Assembly: GCF_000010625.1 (NCBI RefSeq)
Contig: NC_010296.1
Location: 2,730,001 to 2,762,000, forward strand
DNA length: 32,000 nucleotides
DNA from: Microcystis aeruginosa NIES-843
GTDB taxonomy: Bacteria; Cyanobacteriota; Cyanobacteriia; Cyanobacteriales; Microcystaceae
Reading direction: 5' to 3'
In this document: positions 9,248 to 16,810 of the stretch, piece after piece
Layout of the letters: every line of letters starts with the position of its first letter
How positions within the stretch are numbered: the stretch's first letter is position 1
Position numbers and translations under genes: made by a program
Notes under the pieces: generated by a model
The model's input: the letters and a program-made list of their open reading frames with translations, nothing else
What the model was told of the DNA's origin: nothing
The model's database searches: none

Positions 9248-9745
9248 CTAGGGAGTTTTTGCTGGCACTGTCGCCTCCATCTCCGTTATTGAGACCTGGA
9301 TCGCTGATTTCGGCGTTAAACGACGGATAAATTCTAGGGGTAAACCGTCTGTGTCGGCAATAAAGGTGACTTCATAGACGTGATCGCCGATCATCTGTTG
9401 TTGGGGGGGCAAAAGAATGTTTAAAGGTTGATATAAATCGGCATCCTCTTGATGGGCTTGCTGAAAGTTATTTGTTAATTTTTCTAACCATTCTGGTAAA
9501 TTGCTGACATTTTCTGTTAGGTCAAAAGACAAGTGATAATAACCGACATAATGCTGATCGCTAAAGGCATCGGGGGCGGGTTGCGGTTGAGGAATTTGGA
9601 TTAATTCAATGCGTCCGTTTAACCCCGTTAGCCAACAGGCCAAAGTATAACCCGTGGTGAATCTTTCCTCGAGGGTAAAACCGAGAAGTTGGTAAAAAGC
9701 GATCGCTCGATGGATATTAGCGGTGCGGATAGAAGCATGGTGCAT
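9248..9745 (-). CDS. VOC (glyoxalase/bleomycin-resistance/dioxygenase) family protein
   Basis: The N-terminal HHASIRTANIHRAIAFYQLLGF is a VOC beta-alpha-beta opening. The ORF is 165 aa with an ATG start. Confidence 0.7.
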   Translation of the reverse strand: MHHASIRTANIHRAIAFYQLLGFTLEERFTTGYTLACWLTGLNGRIELIQIPQPQPAPDAFSDQHYVGYYHLSFDLTENVSNLPEWLEKLTNNFQQAHQEDADLYQPLNILLPPQQQMIGDHVYEVTFIADTDGLPLEFIRRLTPKSAIQVSITEMEATVPAKTP

Positions 9746-9768
9746 TTTCAGGAGAAAGAATTATGAAG

Positions 9769-9893
9769 TGGGGTGTGGGGTGTCGGGTGTCGGGTGTCGG
9801 GTGTGGGGTGTCGGGTGTGGGGTGTGGGGAGAATAAATAGAAATAATCTCCTATCTCCTATCTCCCGTCTCCTGTCTTCTGTCTCCTGACTCC
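9769..9893. repeat. Two adjacent heptanucleotide tandem arrays (STRR-type): GGTGTSG units, then CTCCYRT units
   Basis: GGGGTGTGGGGTGTCGGGTGTCGGG... runs over 9769-9829. CTCCTATCTCCTATCTCCCGTCTCCTGTCTTCTGTCTCCTGACTCC runs over 9847-9893. Confidence 0.9.
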
Positions 9894-9906
9894 CGATGGC
9901 TAATGA

Positions 9907-10422
9907 TTAATCAAAAAGACGAAAATAGGGATAACGTTTGGGAACCCCCGGTTCTTTTTCCAGATCAAAATTAATTACATCCCAACAGGGTTCATCGGGG
10001 GCATCGGGGCTAAATTCTACTGGTAAACCGTAGAGACGGGGAATAGTGGCTTCACCCGGTCCATTACCGCGCCAAGTGGTGTTACGTTCTAGGTAGGAAC
10101 TAACTAAATCGCGATAACGGTTGGCAATAATTACTTTAGTCGCTTTAAATCCTTGAGTATAGAGGCGATCGAGTGCTTCGTGAATCTCAAAACGAATACC
10201 ATCCGGGTGAGTGTGTTGACGATACCACTCACCATTCCAGAGTCGCCAATGCCGTCCTGACTGCAAGTGAACCAACTCACCCGTTTTGGGATCGGCTTCA
10301 AAAGCCCCATGGCGCGGACACAAATAGGTATCCGTCAAAGTGAGGGCAGGGATTAGCTGCCGACAGTGAGGACAATGGATATCGGGGCCAAAAACAGGGT
10401 ATTGTAAACTTGCATTGATCAT
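9907..10422 (-). CDS. Conserved hypothetical protein with CPHC...CPRH zinc-ribbon-like motif
   Basis: Long ORF. I place the start at the internal ATG at 10422 (MINASLQYPVFGPDIHCPHCRQ...) rather than the track start at 10488, whose 22 extra residues look like upstream read-in. The start choice is uncertain. Confidence 0.6.
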   Translation of the reverse strand: MINASLQYPVFGPDIHCPHCRQLIPALTLTDTYLCPRHGAFEADPKTGELVHLQSGRHWRLWNGEWYRQHTHPDGIRFEIHEALDRLYTQGFKATKVIIANRYRDLVSSYLERNTTWRGNGPGEATIPRLYGLPVEFSPDAPDEPCWDVINFDLEKEPGVPKRYPYFRLFD

Positions 10423-10530
10423 GGAAGAACCTAAACTAAAAATTGCTATCTTTGTACCAATAAGCCTATCCATATTATACCCAACCAAATTGGACGGGTA
10501 TTCTCTTTCGACTTTAGTGCAGCTCCTTTC

Positions 10531-11082
10531 ATGTCTTTAGATAACTTAAGATCAACTTCTAATTTCTGGCCGCTTGTCGATGTCAGTCAAGCGGCTTTTA
10601 TCGCCCCCAATGCCACGGTAATGGGCGATATTTCCCTAGCTGTCGGGGTGAGTGTTTGGTATGGGGCGGTATTGCGCGCCGACGTGGAACGCATCGAAAT
10701 TGGGGCCTATACTAATATCCAAGATGGGGCGATCCTACACGGAGATCCGGGCAAAATTACTATCCTTGAAGATTACGTTACCATCGGGCATCGGGCGGTA
10801 ATTCACGCAGCCCATATTGAACGCGGTTGTTTAATCGGCATTGGGGCAGTGATTCTCGATGGTGTGCGCGTCGGGGCGGGTAGTATTGTCGGGGCGGGTA
10901 GTATTGTGACAAAAGATATACCACCGCGATCTTTAGTGGTGGGTATTCCCGCTAAACGCGTCCGGGAAGTCTCGCCACAGGAGGCTCAAGAGTTGATCGA
11001 ACACGCCGAGCGCTATGCTAAACTTGCCCTCGTTCATGCGGGAAAAGGTACTGATACCGGATTCCCAAAAGGGGCGGATTAG
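10531..11082 (+). CDS. Gamma-class carbonic anhydrase-like / left-handed beta-helix (hexapeptide repeat) protein
   Basis: Hexapeptide periodicity (IGAYTNIQDGAILHGD, IGHRAVIHAAHIERGCLIGIGAVILDGVRVGAGSIVGAGSIV) plus a His triad context typical of the YrdA/PaaY group. Confidence 0.8.
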   Translation: MSLDNLRSTSNFWPLVDVSQAAFIAPNATVMGDISLAVGVSVWYGAVLRADVERIEIGAYTNIQDGAILHGDPGKITILEDYVTIGHRAVIHAAHIERGCLIGIGAVILDGVRVGAGSIVGAGSIVTKDIPPRSLVVGIPAKRVREVSPQEAQELIEHAERYAKLALVHAGKGTDTGFPKGAD

Positions 11083-11147
11083 GGTATAAATATAAAATGA
11101 GAATCAAGTAACAATCTTTTAAGCACTGACCGAGGAGAAGGAAATCT

Positions 11148-11267
11148 ATGGACTGGAGAGTGTTAATCGTTTTAACCCCTTTGCTTATTGCTGGTGGCTG
11201 GGCTGTCTTCAATATCGGCGCTGCCGCTCTTAGACAAGCTCAACAGTTTCTCAGCAAACAAAGTTAA
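11148..11267 (+). CDS. psbY: Photosystem II protein Y
   Basis: Below the track size cut-off. GAGGAG lies upstream of the ATG. The product [39 protein letters not shown] (39 aa, one TM helix) closely resembles cyanobacterial PsbY as I remember it. A terminator follows. Confidence 0.85.
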   Translation: MDWRVLIVLTPLLIAGGWAVFNIGAAALRQAQQFLSKQS

Positions 11268-11288
11268 TAAAAGTTTATAATTTTTAGT

Positions 11289-11326
11289 AAAACCGACCGC
11301 CTAGGCGATCGGTTTTTAATTTTTTC
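11289..11326 (+). terminator. Rho-independent terminator after psbY
   Basis: ACCGACCGCC / GGCGATCGGT forms a stem with 9 of 10 pairs, followed by TTTTTAATTTTTT. Confidence 0.75.
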
Positions 11327-11346
11327 TTATCCAGCGATCGCTGATT

Positions 11347-11498
11347 GGGGTGTAGGGTGTAGGGTGTAGGGTGTGGGGTGTAGGGTGTGGGGTGTAGGGT
11401 GTAGGGTGTAGGGTGTAGGGTGTAGGGTGTAGGGTGTAAGATGATGGGGAAATGGGGGAATTATGAATTATGAATTATGAATGATAACTGATAACTGA
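11347..11498. repeat. Heptanucleotide tandem arrays: about 13 GGTGTRG units, then ATTATGA x3 and ATAACTG x3
   Basis: Read directly. GGGGTGTAGGGTGTAGGG... spans 11347-11437, followed by GAATTATGAATTATGAATTATGAATGATAACTGATAACTGATA. Confidence 0.9.
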
Positions 11499-11603
11499 TA
11501 AGTACCTAAGCAAAATTAATTACACATTTCGATCAAGCTTTTGCCTTTTGCCTCTTGCCTTTTGCCTATCCTAACCAAGAAATTAATTTTGCACGACTAC
11601 TTA
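11499..11603. mobile_element. MITE-W copy 1 (core = TTTTGCC/TCTTGCC heptamers)
   Basis: Termini are TAAGTACCTAAGCAAAATTAATT and AATTAATTTTGCACGACTACTTA (inverted, sharing TAAGTA and GCAAAATTAATT). TA occurs at both junctions. A second degenerate right end lies at about 11617-11650. Confidence 0.65.
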
Positions 11604-11653
11604 ACTGAATTGTCATCTCGACTAGGAAACTAATTTTACACTAATACCTAACC

Positions 11654-12988
11654 ATGAAATCTAACTATCAAAATCTCATTGAAGAACTTGCCCGTCTGGA
11701 AATTATCACCGATCCGGGGCAAGTGGCGAAACTTTCCTTAGATTATTATCATTTTAGTCCCATTTTAGAGGCACAACTGCAAGATAAACGGGCTGATTTA
11801 GTCATTCGTCCCCACAATAGCCAAGAGGTTATTGACATCGCTAAAACCTGCGTTAAATACCAAATTCCTTTAACAGTTAGAGGTGCGGGTACAGGTAATT
11901 ATGGTCAATGTGTTCCCTTGCAGGGCGGAGTAATTTTAGACACAACCAAACTAACAAAAATTATCTCGATCGAACCGGGTACAGCGCGAGTAGAAGCGGG
12001 GGTGAAAATGGCATTTTTTGATAAACAAGCTCGCGCAATCGGTTGGGAATTAAGAATGGCTCCCTCTACCTATCGGACGGCGACAATTGGCGGTTTTATC
12101 GGGGGTGGCAGTGTGGGCATGGGTTCGATTAATTATGGACAATTAAAGGATAGGGGCAATCTGCAAGCAGTGCAATTAGTCACCCTAGAAGCGGAACCAA
12201 AAATTATCGAATTACGGGGGGATGAGGTAGAAAAAGTCAATCATGCCTACGGAACCAATGGCATTATTACCGAGTTAGAAATAGCCCTCGCTCCCTGTTA
12301 TCCTTGGGCAGAATTTATCGTTACTTTTGCCGATTTTCTCACCGCCGCTAAATTCGGTCAAGCTCTTAGTGATAGTGATGGCATTGTCAAGAAAATGGTT
12401 AGTGTTCACTCTTGGCCAATTCCCGCTTATTTTACTGCTCTTAAGGATTATTTAACCACGGGGAAAGCGGCAGTTTTGTTAATAGTATCGGACAGCGATC
12501 GAGTCGCATTAGAGTCTTTAATTAAAGAATATAATGGTGAACTTACTTACTATAAAACGCCAGAAGAAACCCAAAAAGGCAACAGTATCTTAGAATTTAC
12601 TTGGAATCATACCACTCTCCATGCGCGTAGTTGTAACCCCAAGATAACTTATCTACAAGCTTTTTATTTTAATCTAGCTACGGTAGAGAAACTCCATAAT
12701 TATTTTGGTGAGGAAATAATGATGCACCTAGAATTTTTGAAATTTCAAGGTAAAGTTATTCCCGCCGGTCTTCCCTTGCTAGAATTTACCACAGAAACTC
12801 GATTAAATGAGATTATTGCTATCTATGAACAACAGGGGGCAGCCATTGCCAATCCTCACACTTATATCATGGAAGATGGCGGCAGCAGACAGATTAATCC
12901 GCTACAACTAGAATTTAAACAACTCGTCGATCCCTACGGATTGAACAATCCGGGTAAAATGCGAGCATGGGTTGAAGCAAGGGGGTAG
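11654..12988 (+). CDS. FAD-binding oxidoreductase (PCMH/FAD_binding_4 type)
   Basis: VIRPHNSQEVIDIAKTC...IPLTVRGAGTGNYGQ is the FAD-binding N-terminal domain pattern. The ORF is 444 aa. Confidence 0.75.
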   Translation: MKSNYQNLIEELARLEIITDPGQVAKLSLDYYHFSPILEAQLQDKRADLVIRPHNSQEVIDIAKTCVKYQIPLTVRGAGTGNYGQCVPLQGGVILDTTKLTKIISIEPGTARVEAGVKMAFFDKQARAIGWELRMAPSTYRTATIGGFIGGGSVGMGSINYGQLKDRGNLQAVQLVTLEAEPKIIELRGDEVEKVNHAYGTNGIITELEIALAPCYPWAEFIVTFADFLTAAKFGQALSDSDGIVKKMVSVHSWPIPAYFTALKDYLTTGKAAVLLIVSDSDRVALESLIKEYNGELTYYKTPEETQKGNSILEFTWNHTTLHARSCNPKITYLQAFYFNLATVEKLHNYFGEEIMMHLEFLKFQGKVIPAGLPLLEFTTETRLNEIIAIYEQQGAAIANPHTYIMEDGGSRQINPLQLEFKQLVDPYGLNNPGKMRAWVEARG

Positions 12989-13028
12989 GGATTCGATTCA
13001 AGCTAAATTAAACAAGATAGTTCACCGC

Positions 13029-13191
13029 TAAGTAGTTGGACAAAAGTAAAGTTAACTGTGGGGTAAGGAGTCGGTCGTCAGAAGTCGGTCGTCAGGAGTC
13101 GGTCGTCAGGAGTCAGGAGTCGGTCGTCAGTAAGAATTGCGGCAATTTACATTTCTTAAGATAGACAACAGAATTTATGTCCGACTACTTA
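13029..13191. mobile_element. MITE-W copy (core = GGAGTCGGTCGTCA 14-mers)
   Basis: Termini are TAAGTAGTTGGACAAAAGTAAAG and GAATTTATGTCCGACTACTTA (inverted). TA flanks both junctions. The core is four tandem GGAGTCGGTCGTCA-like units at about 13066-13130. Confidence 0.6.
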
Positions 13192-13312
13192 CCAACGAAT
13201 CACTAACCGCTAAAAAGGGAGTGGGGAAAACAAAACTCCCCGCTGCCCCCTGCCTATTCCCAGACTTGCCCCGATCCGATACAATTAAACGGTTGTCTTG
13301 GAAGAATTAATA

Positions 13313-14608
13313 GTGATCGAGCGTTATACTCTCCCTGCAATGGGGAATTTGTGGACGGATAGATATAAATATCAAACATGGCTAGAGGTAGAGATAGCCG
13401 TCTGTGAAGCGCAGGCAGAATTAGGCTATATTCCCGGGGATGCAGTGGAAGAAATTAAGGCAAAGGCTAATTTTAATCCTGATCGCATTTTAGAAATAGA
13501 AGCAGAAGTGCGCCACGATGTCATCGCCTTTTTAACAAATGTTAACGAGTATGTGGGCGAGCCGGGGCGTTATATTCATTTGGGTTTAACCAGTTCCGAT
13601 GTACTAGATACTGCCCTGTCCTTACAATTAGTCGCCAGTTTAAACCTGATTCTAGAACAATTAGAAGATTTTATTCAAGCCCTGCGCTATCGCGCCCAAG
13701 AACACCGTTATACAGTCATGGTAGGACGTTCCCACGGCATTCACGCCGAACCGATCACCTTTGGCTTTAAACTAGCGGGATGGTTAGCGGAAGTGCTGCG
13801 GGGACGCGATCGTTTAATTCGCTTGCGCCAAGACATCGCCATCGGTAAGATATCCGGTGCAGTGGGAACCTATGCCAATATTGACCCGAAAATTGAGGCG
13901 TTAACCTGTCAGAAGTTAGGATTAGAACCGGATACCGCTTCCACTCAAGTGATATCGCGCGATCGACACGCCGATTATGTGCAACAATTAGCCTTATTAG
14001 CGGCTTCGATCGAACGTTTTGCCGTGGAGATTCGCAACCTGCAAAGAACCGATGTCCTAGAAGTGGAAGAATACTTTTCCAAAGGACAAAAAGGCTCCTC
14101 CGCTATGCCCCATAAACGTAATCCCATCCGTTCAGAACGCTTAACGGGAATGGCAAGAATTATCCGTAGTCATAGCGTTTCCGCCTTAGAAAATATCGCC
14201 CTCTGGCACGAAAGAGATATTTCCCATAGTTCCGTAGAACGGGTGATGCTGCCGGATGTTTGCATTTTGACCCACTTTATGCTGAAGGAAATCACCGATT
14301 TAGTCAAAAATCTGCTGGTGTATCCCGAAAACATGAAGCGAAATATGAATGTTTACGGTGGCGTGATTTTCAGTCAAAGAGTTCTTTTAACTTTGGTGAG
14401 TAAGGGAATTAGCCGGGAATCTGCCTATAAAATCGTCCAAGAAAACGCCCATCGCGCTTGGAACACCGATAACGGCAATTTTAAAGCTTTTATCAGCCAA
14501 GATGAGCGAGTTACCGGCATTTTATCCCCCGACGAGATCGAAAGTTGCTTTGATCCCCAGCAGCACTTGAATCATCTTAATAGCATCTACCAAAGGTTAG
14601 ATATTTAA
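13313..14608 (+). CDS. purB: Adenylosuccinate lyase
   Basis: (V)IERYTLPAMGNLWTD, HLGLTSSDVLDTA, and the fumarate-lyase signature GSSAMPHKRNP. I prefer the GTG at 13313 over the in-frame TTG at 13298 because homologues begin MIERY. Confidence 0.95.
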   Translation: MIERYTLPAMGNLWTDRYKYQTWLEVEIAVCEAQAELGYIPGDAVEEIKAKANFNPDRILEIEAEVRHDVIAFLTNVNEYVGEPGRYIHLGLTSSDVLDTALSLQLVASLNLILEQLEDFIQALRYRAQEHRYTVMVGRSHGIHAEPITFGFKLAGWLAEVLRGRDRLIRLRQDIAIGKISGAVGTYANIDPKIEALTCQKLGLEPDTASTQVISRDRHADYVQQLALLAASIERFAVEIRNLQRTDVLEVEEYFSKGQKGSSAMPHKRNPIRSERLTGMARIIRSHSVSALENIALWHERDISHSSVERVMLPDVCILTHFMLKEITDLVKNLLVYPENMKRNMNVYGGVIFSQRVLLTLVSKGISRESAYKIVQENAHRAWNTDNGNFKAFISQDERVTGILSPDEIESCFDPQQHLNHLNSIYQRLDI

Positions 14609-14652
14609 GGAGCGAATTAGGGAATAGAGAAGCGGGGGTGATCGAGATAGAG

Positions 14653-14925
14653 ATGAAAATTTTATCGGTAGAAGACGATCAAGCGATTGGGCGATTACTT
14701 TCAGACACCCCCAGCGCCGATAACTATACCGTGGACGTGGCTGCGGACGGAAAAACTGACTGGGAAACGATCAAACGATAGGAGTAATATCTACTGGTGT
14801 TAGATAGAGGAGTAGGACGGTCTCAGGCTTTGTCGGTGGGGGAGGGTGTGGATTGTTCCTTCTAAGCGCATTAGTTGCCCGTGATGCTCCAATCTGTATC
14901 TGAAGAACAGTTATAATTCTTGGTT
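14653..14925 (+). pseudogene. Decayed response-regulator receiver-domain remnant
   Basis: MKILSVEDDQAIGRLLSD...YTVDVAADGKTDWETIKR, then in-frame TAG and TAA, then YLLVLD. After a frame change it reads ALVARDAPICI (compare LTARD). The remnant ends at the IS630 junction. Confidence 0.7.
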
Positions 14926-14934
14926 ACTAATGTA

Positions 14935-16077
14935 ATACCATTTTTCTAAATTCCTGACAGACATAGAGCTTCTAAAATCCAAGACCATCCCGTCAAATAC
15001 CCGATCGTGTCATTGGATAGAGAATTTAAAAGATGGTAAAGTTTACTTCTTAAGTTATCAAGGGAGTTAAAATTGCCCCAGGCCAATAGGTTTTTCAAAT
15101 ATAGCCAAACTCTCTCAATTGGATTTACTTCTGGACAATAGGGAGGTTGATAAAATAGGATAATATTATCAGGTATTTCTAGGTCGGTCGCCGTATGTGC
15201 GGGAGCATTATCTAATTGAATAATATGTAATTCCTCAGAAAAAGCTTGAGAAAAAAGCGTTAAATATTGATTAAAACATTCCCCATCTAAATGAGAAAAT
15301 TCATAGAAAAAACTGCTACCTGTTCGAGGTTCTATTAAACCATAGAGCCAGAGATATTGAAAATTATACTGAAAATTACCAAGGGGCTTTATGCCTTTAA
15401 TTGTTATTTTATCTCTGACAATGGTATGACAGCCGAAGCGACTTTCATCTTGACACCAGAAGCGGACTTTTAAATATTGACTAACTTTTTCAGATTCCTT
15501 TTCTAGTAAAGCTTGTAGCTGTTCAGATAGATTATTTTGGAATATTTTTACTTCTCCTGGTAATTGTTTTAAATTTTGAGGTCGAGCCACTTTTAATTTA
15601 GCTTGTAATTCATTTCTTACGAGACGGTAAACAGTTATATAACTGGTGGGTATTTCTAAAATAATTGATACCCAAAAATGAATTTCTTTATAACTTTGAA
15701 ATCCTTCTGGGTCTTTTAATTCATTCTGAATTAGAGCGGCTTCTTCCACTGAAATCTTTTTGGGTCTTCCCAGTTTTTCTGGTTCTGACAAGAGATTTTC
15801 TATCCCTCCTTCTCGATAACAACTTAACCAGCGATGAATAGTTCTTTCTGAGCGTCCTATTAACACGGCGAGATGACGAACCGTTTCTACCTCCTTAATT
15901 TTTAGTAGATACAGGGATTGTACTTTAGCAAAGTTTAAAGAGGTTACTTGTTGCTTCAACAAGGATTTTAAGTCTTCTACTGACTCAGCAACATTAATAT
16001 TAGGGACTCCACTCATTGCCTTTTTACCACACAAACTATACCTTTACCAAGTATGACATACTTTTTGAAAAATGGTA
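14935..16077 (-). mobile_element. IS630-family insertion sequence, copy 1
   Basis: Inverted termini are ATACCATTTTTC (14935-) and GAAAAATGGTA (-16077). TA occurs at both junctions, allowing a 1-nt offset. One transposase ORF lies inside. Confidence 0.8.
14946..16016 (-). CDS. IS630-family (Tc1/mariner-like DDE) transposase
   Basis: An N-terminal HTH (RTIHRWLSCYREGGIENL) is followed by CQDESRFG, IQLDNAPAHT and YCPEVNPIERVW. The ATG at 16016 is preferred over the track TTG at 16034. Confidence 0.9.
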   Translation of the reverse strand: MSGVPNINVAESVEDLKSLLKQQVTSLNFAKVQSLYLLKIKEVETVRHLAVLIGRSERTIHRWLSCYREGGIENLLSEPEKLGRPKKISVEEAALIQNELKDPEGFQSYKEIHFWVSIILEIPTSYITVYRLVRNELQAKLKVARPQNLKQLPGEVKIFQNNLSEQLQALLEKESEKVSQYLKVRFWCQDESRFGCHTIVRDKITIKGIKPLGNFQYNFQYLWLYGLIEPRTGSSFFYEFSHLDGECFNQYLTLFSQAFSEELHIIQLDNAPAHTATDLEIPDNIILFYQPPYCPEVNPIERVWLYLKNLLAWGNFNSLDNLRSKLYHLLNSLSNDTIGYLTGWSWILEALCLSGI

Positions 16078-16094
16078 TAAGTTTGGGGAACACT

Positions 16095-16808
16095 ATGAGC
16101 AACCAAAAATTAAAAAAAATAATTAATTATCATTTATCAAAAGTCCTCGAATATAATGCTTTTGAGCGTTTTGAAGGTGTCACTGACAAGAGTAGTTTTC
16201 TTAATATGATTGGTAATGATCCAGCTTTTGCTCCTTTTTTTCTTAATGATACTAAATACGTTACAGCAAGGATTGGAGGGAACCTAATTACTAGCCTCCA
16301 CCGTAAACTTGGTGATATGTATGAGGAAATTTTTCAGACACTATTAGCAGATAAACTTAATATATCTTCGGAAGATTTATCTTATAGTCTTATGCTAAAT
16401 ATTGACAACAAATCACAGAAACGTTCTACCGATGGATTAATCAGCTACTCAAAATTATCTTTAGAGAATGCTAGACGTATTGAACAGTTAAAAACGGATA
16501 AAACAGCGATTGGGATGGCTTTTGAAGTACGTTCTTGCTATCAGATTGGTGACTCAAAACGCATACAGGCTGACCGAGACATGGCTCTAGCACTAAATAA
16601 TAAAAAAATAGAACCAGTCATGATTATTTTTTGCTCATCTTCTTTGACCAGTCCTGTAAGGCGTCTAAGAGAATATTGGAAAGTCTACGAGGGGGACAAT
16701 GCTTTTGAGTTTGTCAAACTGCTGACAGGGTTTGATTTACTCAGCTACTTCAAACAGGAAGATAAGTTAATACGAGAAATTATGGACAAGATTTTTGACA
16801 TGATGTAG
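16095..16808 (+). CDS. Putative type II restriction endonuclease (family not assignable by eye)
   Basis: This 237-aa ORF converges on the methyltransferase gene with a 2-bp gap. It is AT-rich. A candidate PD-(D/E)xK-like region is STDGLI...GMAFEVRSCYQIGDSKR. The start is set at the ATG at 16095 because the track start at 16053 lies inside the IS630 terminal repeat. Confidence 0.55.
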   Translation: MSNQKLKKIINYHLSKVLEYNAFERFEGVTDKSSFLNMIGNDPAFAPFFLNDTKYVTARIGGNLITSLHRKLGDMYEEIFQTLLADKLNISSEDLSYSLMLNIDNKSQKRSTDGLISYSKLSLENARRIEQLKTDKTAIGMAFEVRSCYQIGDSKRIQADRDMALALNNKKIEPVMIIFCSSSLTSPVRRLREYWKVYEGDNAFEFVKLLTGFDLLSYFKQEDKLIREIMDKIFDMM

Positions 16809-16810
16809 TC

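Noticed and set aside
11018-11212. 64-aa minus-strand ORF
   Set aside because: It is antisense to psbY and to the 3' end of the gamma-CA-like gene. psbY has the RBS, terminator and sequence identity.
9769-11498. Tandem repeat arrays considered as possible CRISPR arrays
   Set aside because: The units are 7 nt (or 14 nt) and directly abut each other with no unique spacers. No cas genes are nearby. These are STRR-type microsatellites.
16053-16094. N-terminal extension of the putative endonuclease (track start 16053), and similarly the 10488 start of the 9907 gene
   Set aside because: The 16053 start lies inside the IS630 terminal inverted repeat. The 10423-10488 extension lacks conservation-like features, and an internal ATG gives a typical N-terminus.
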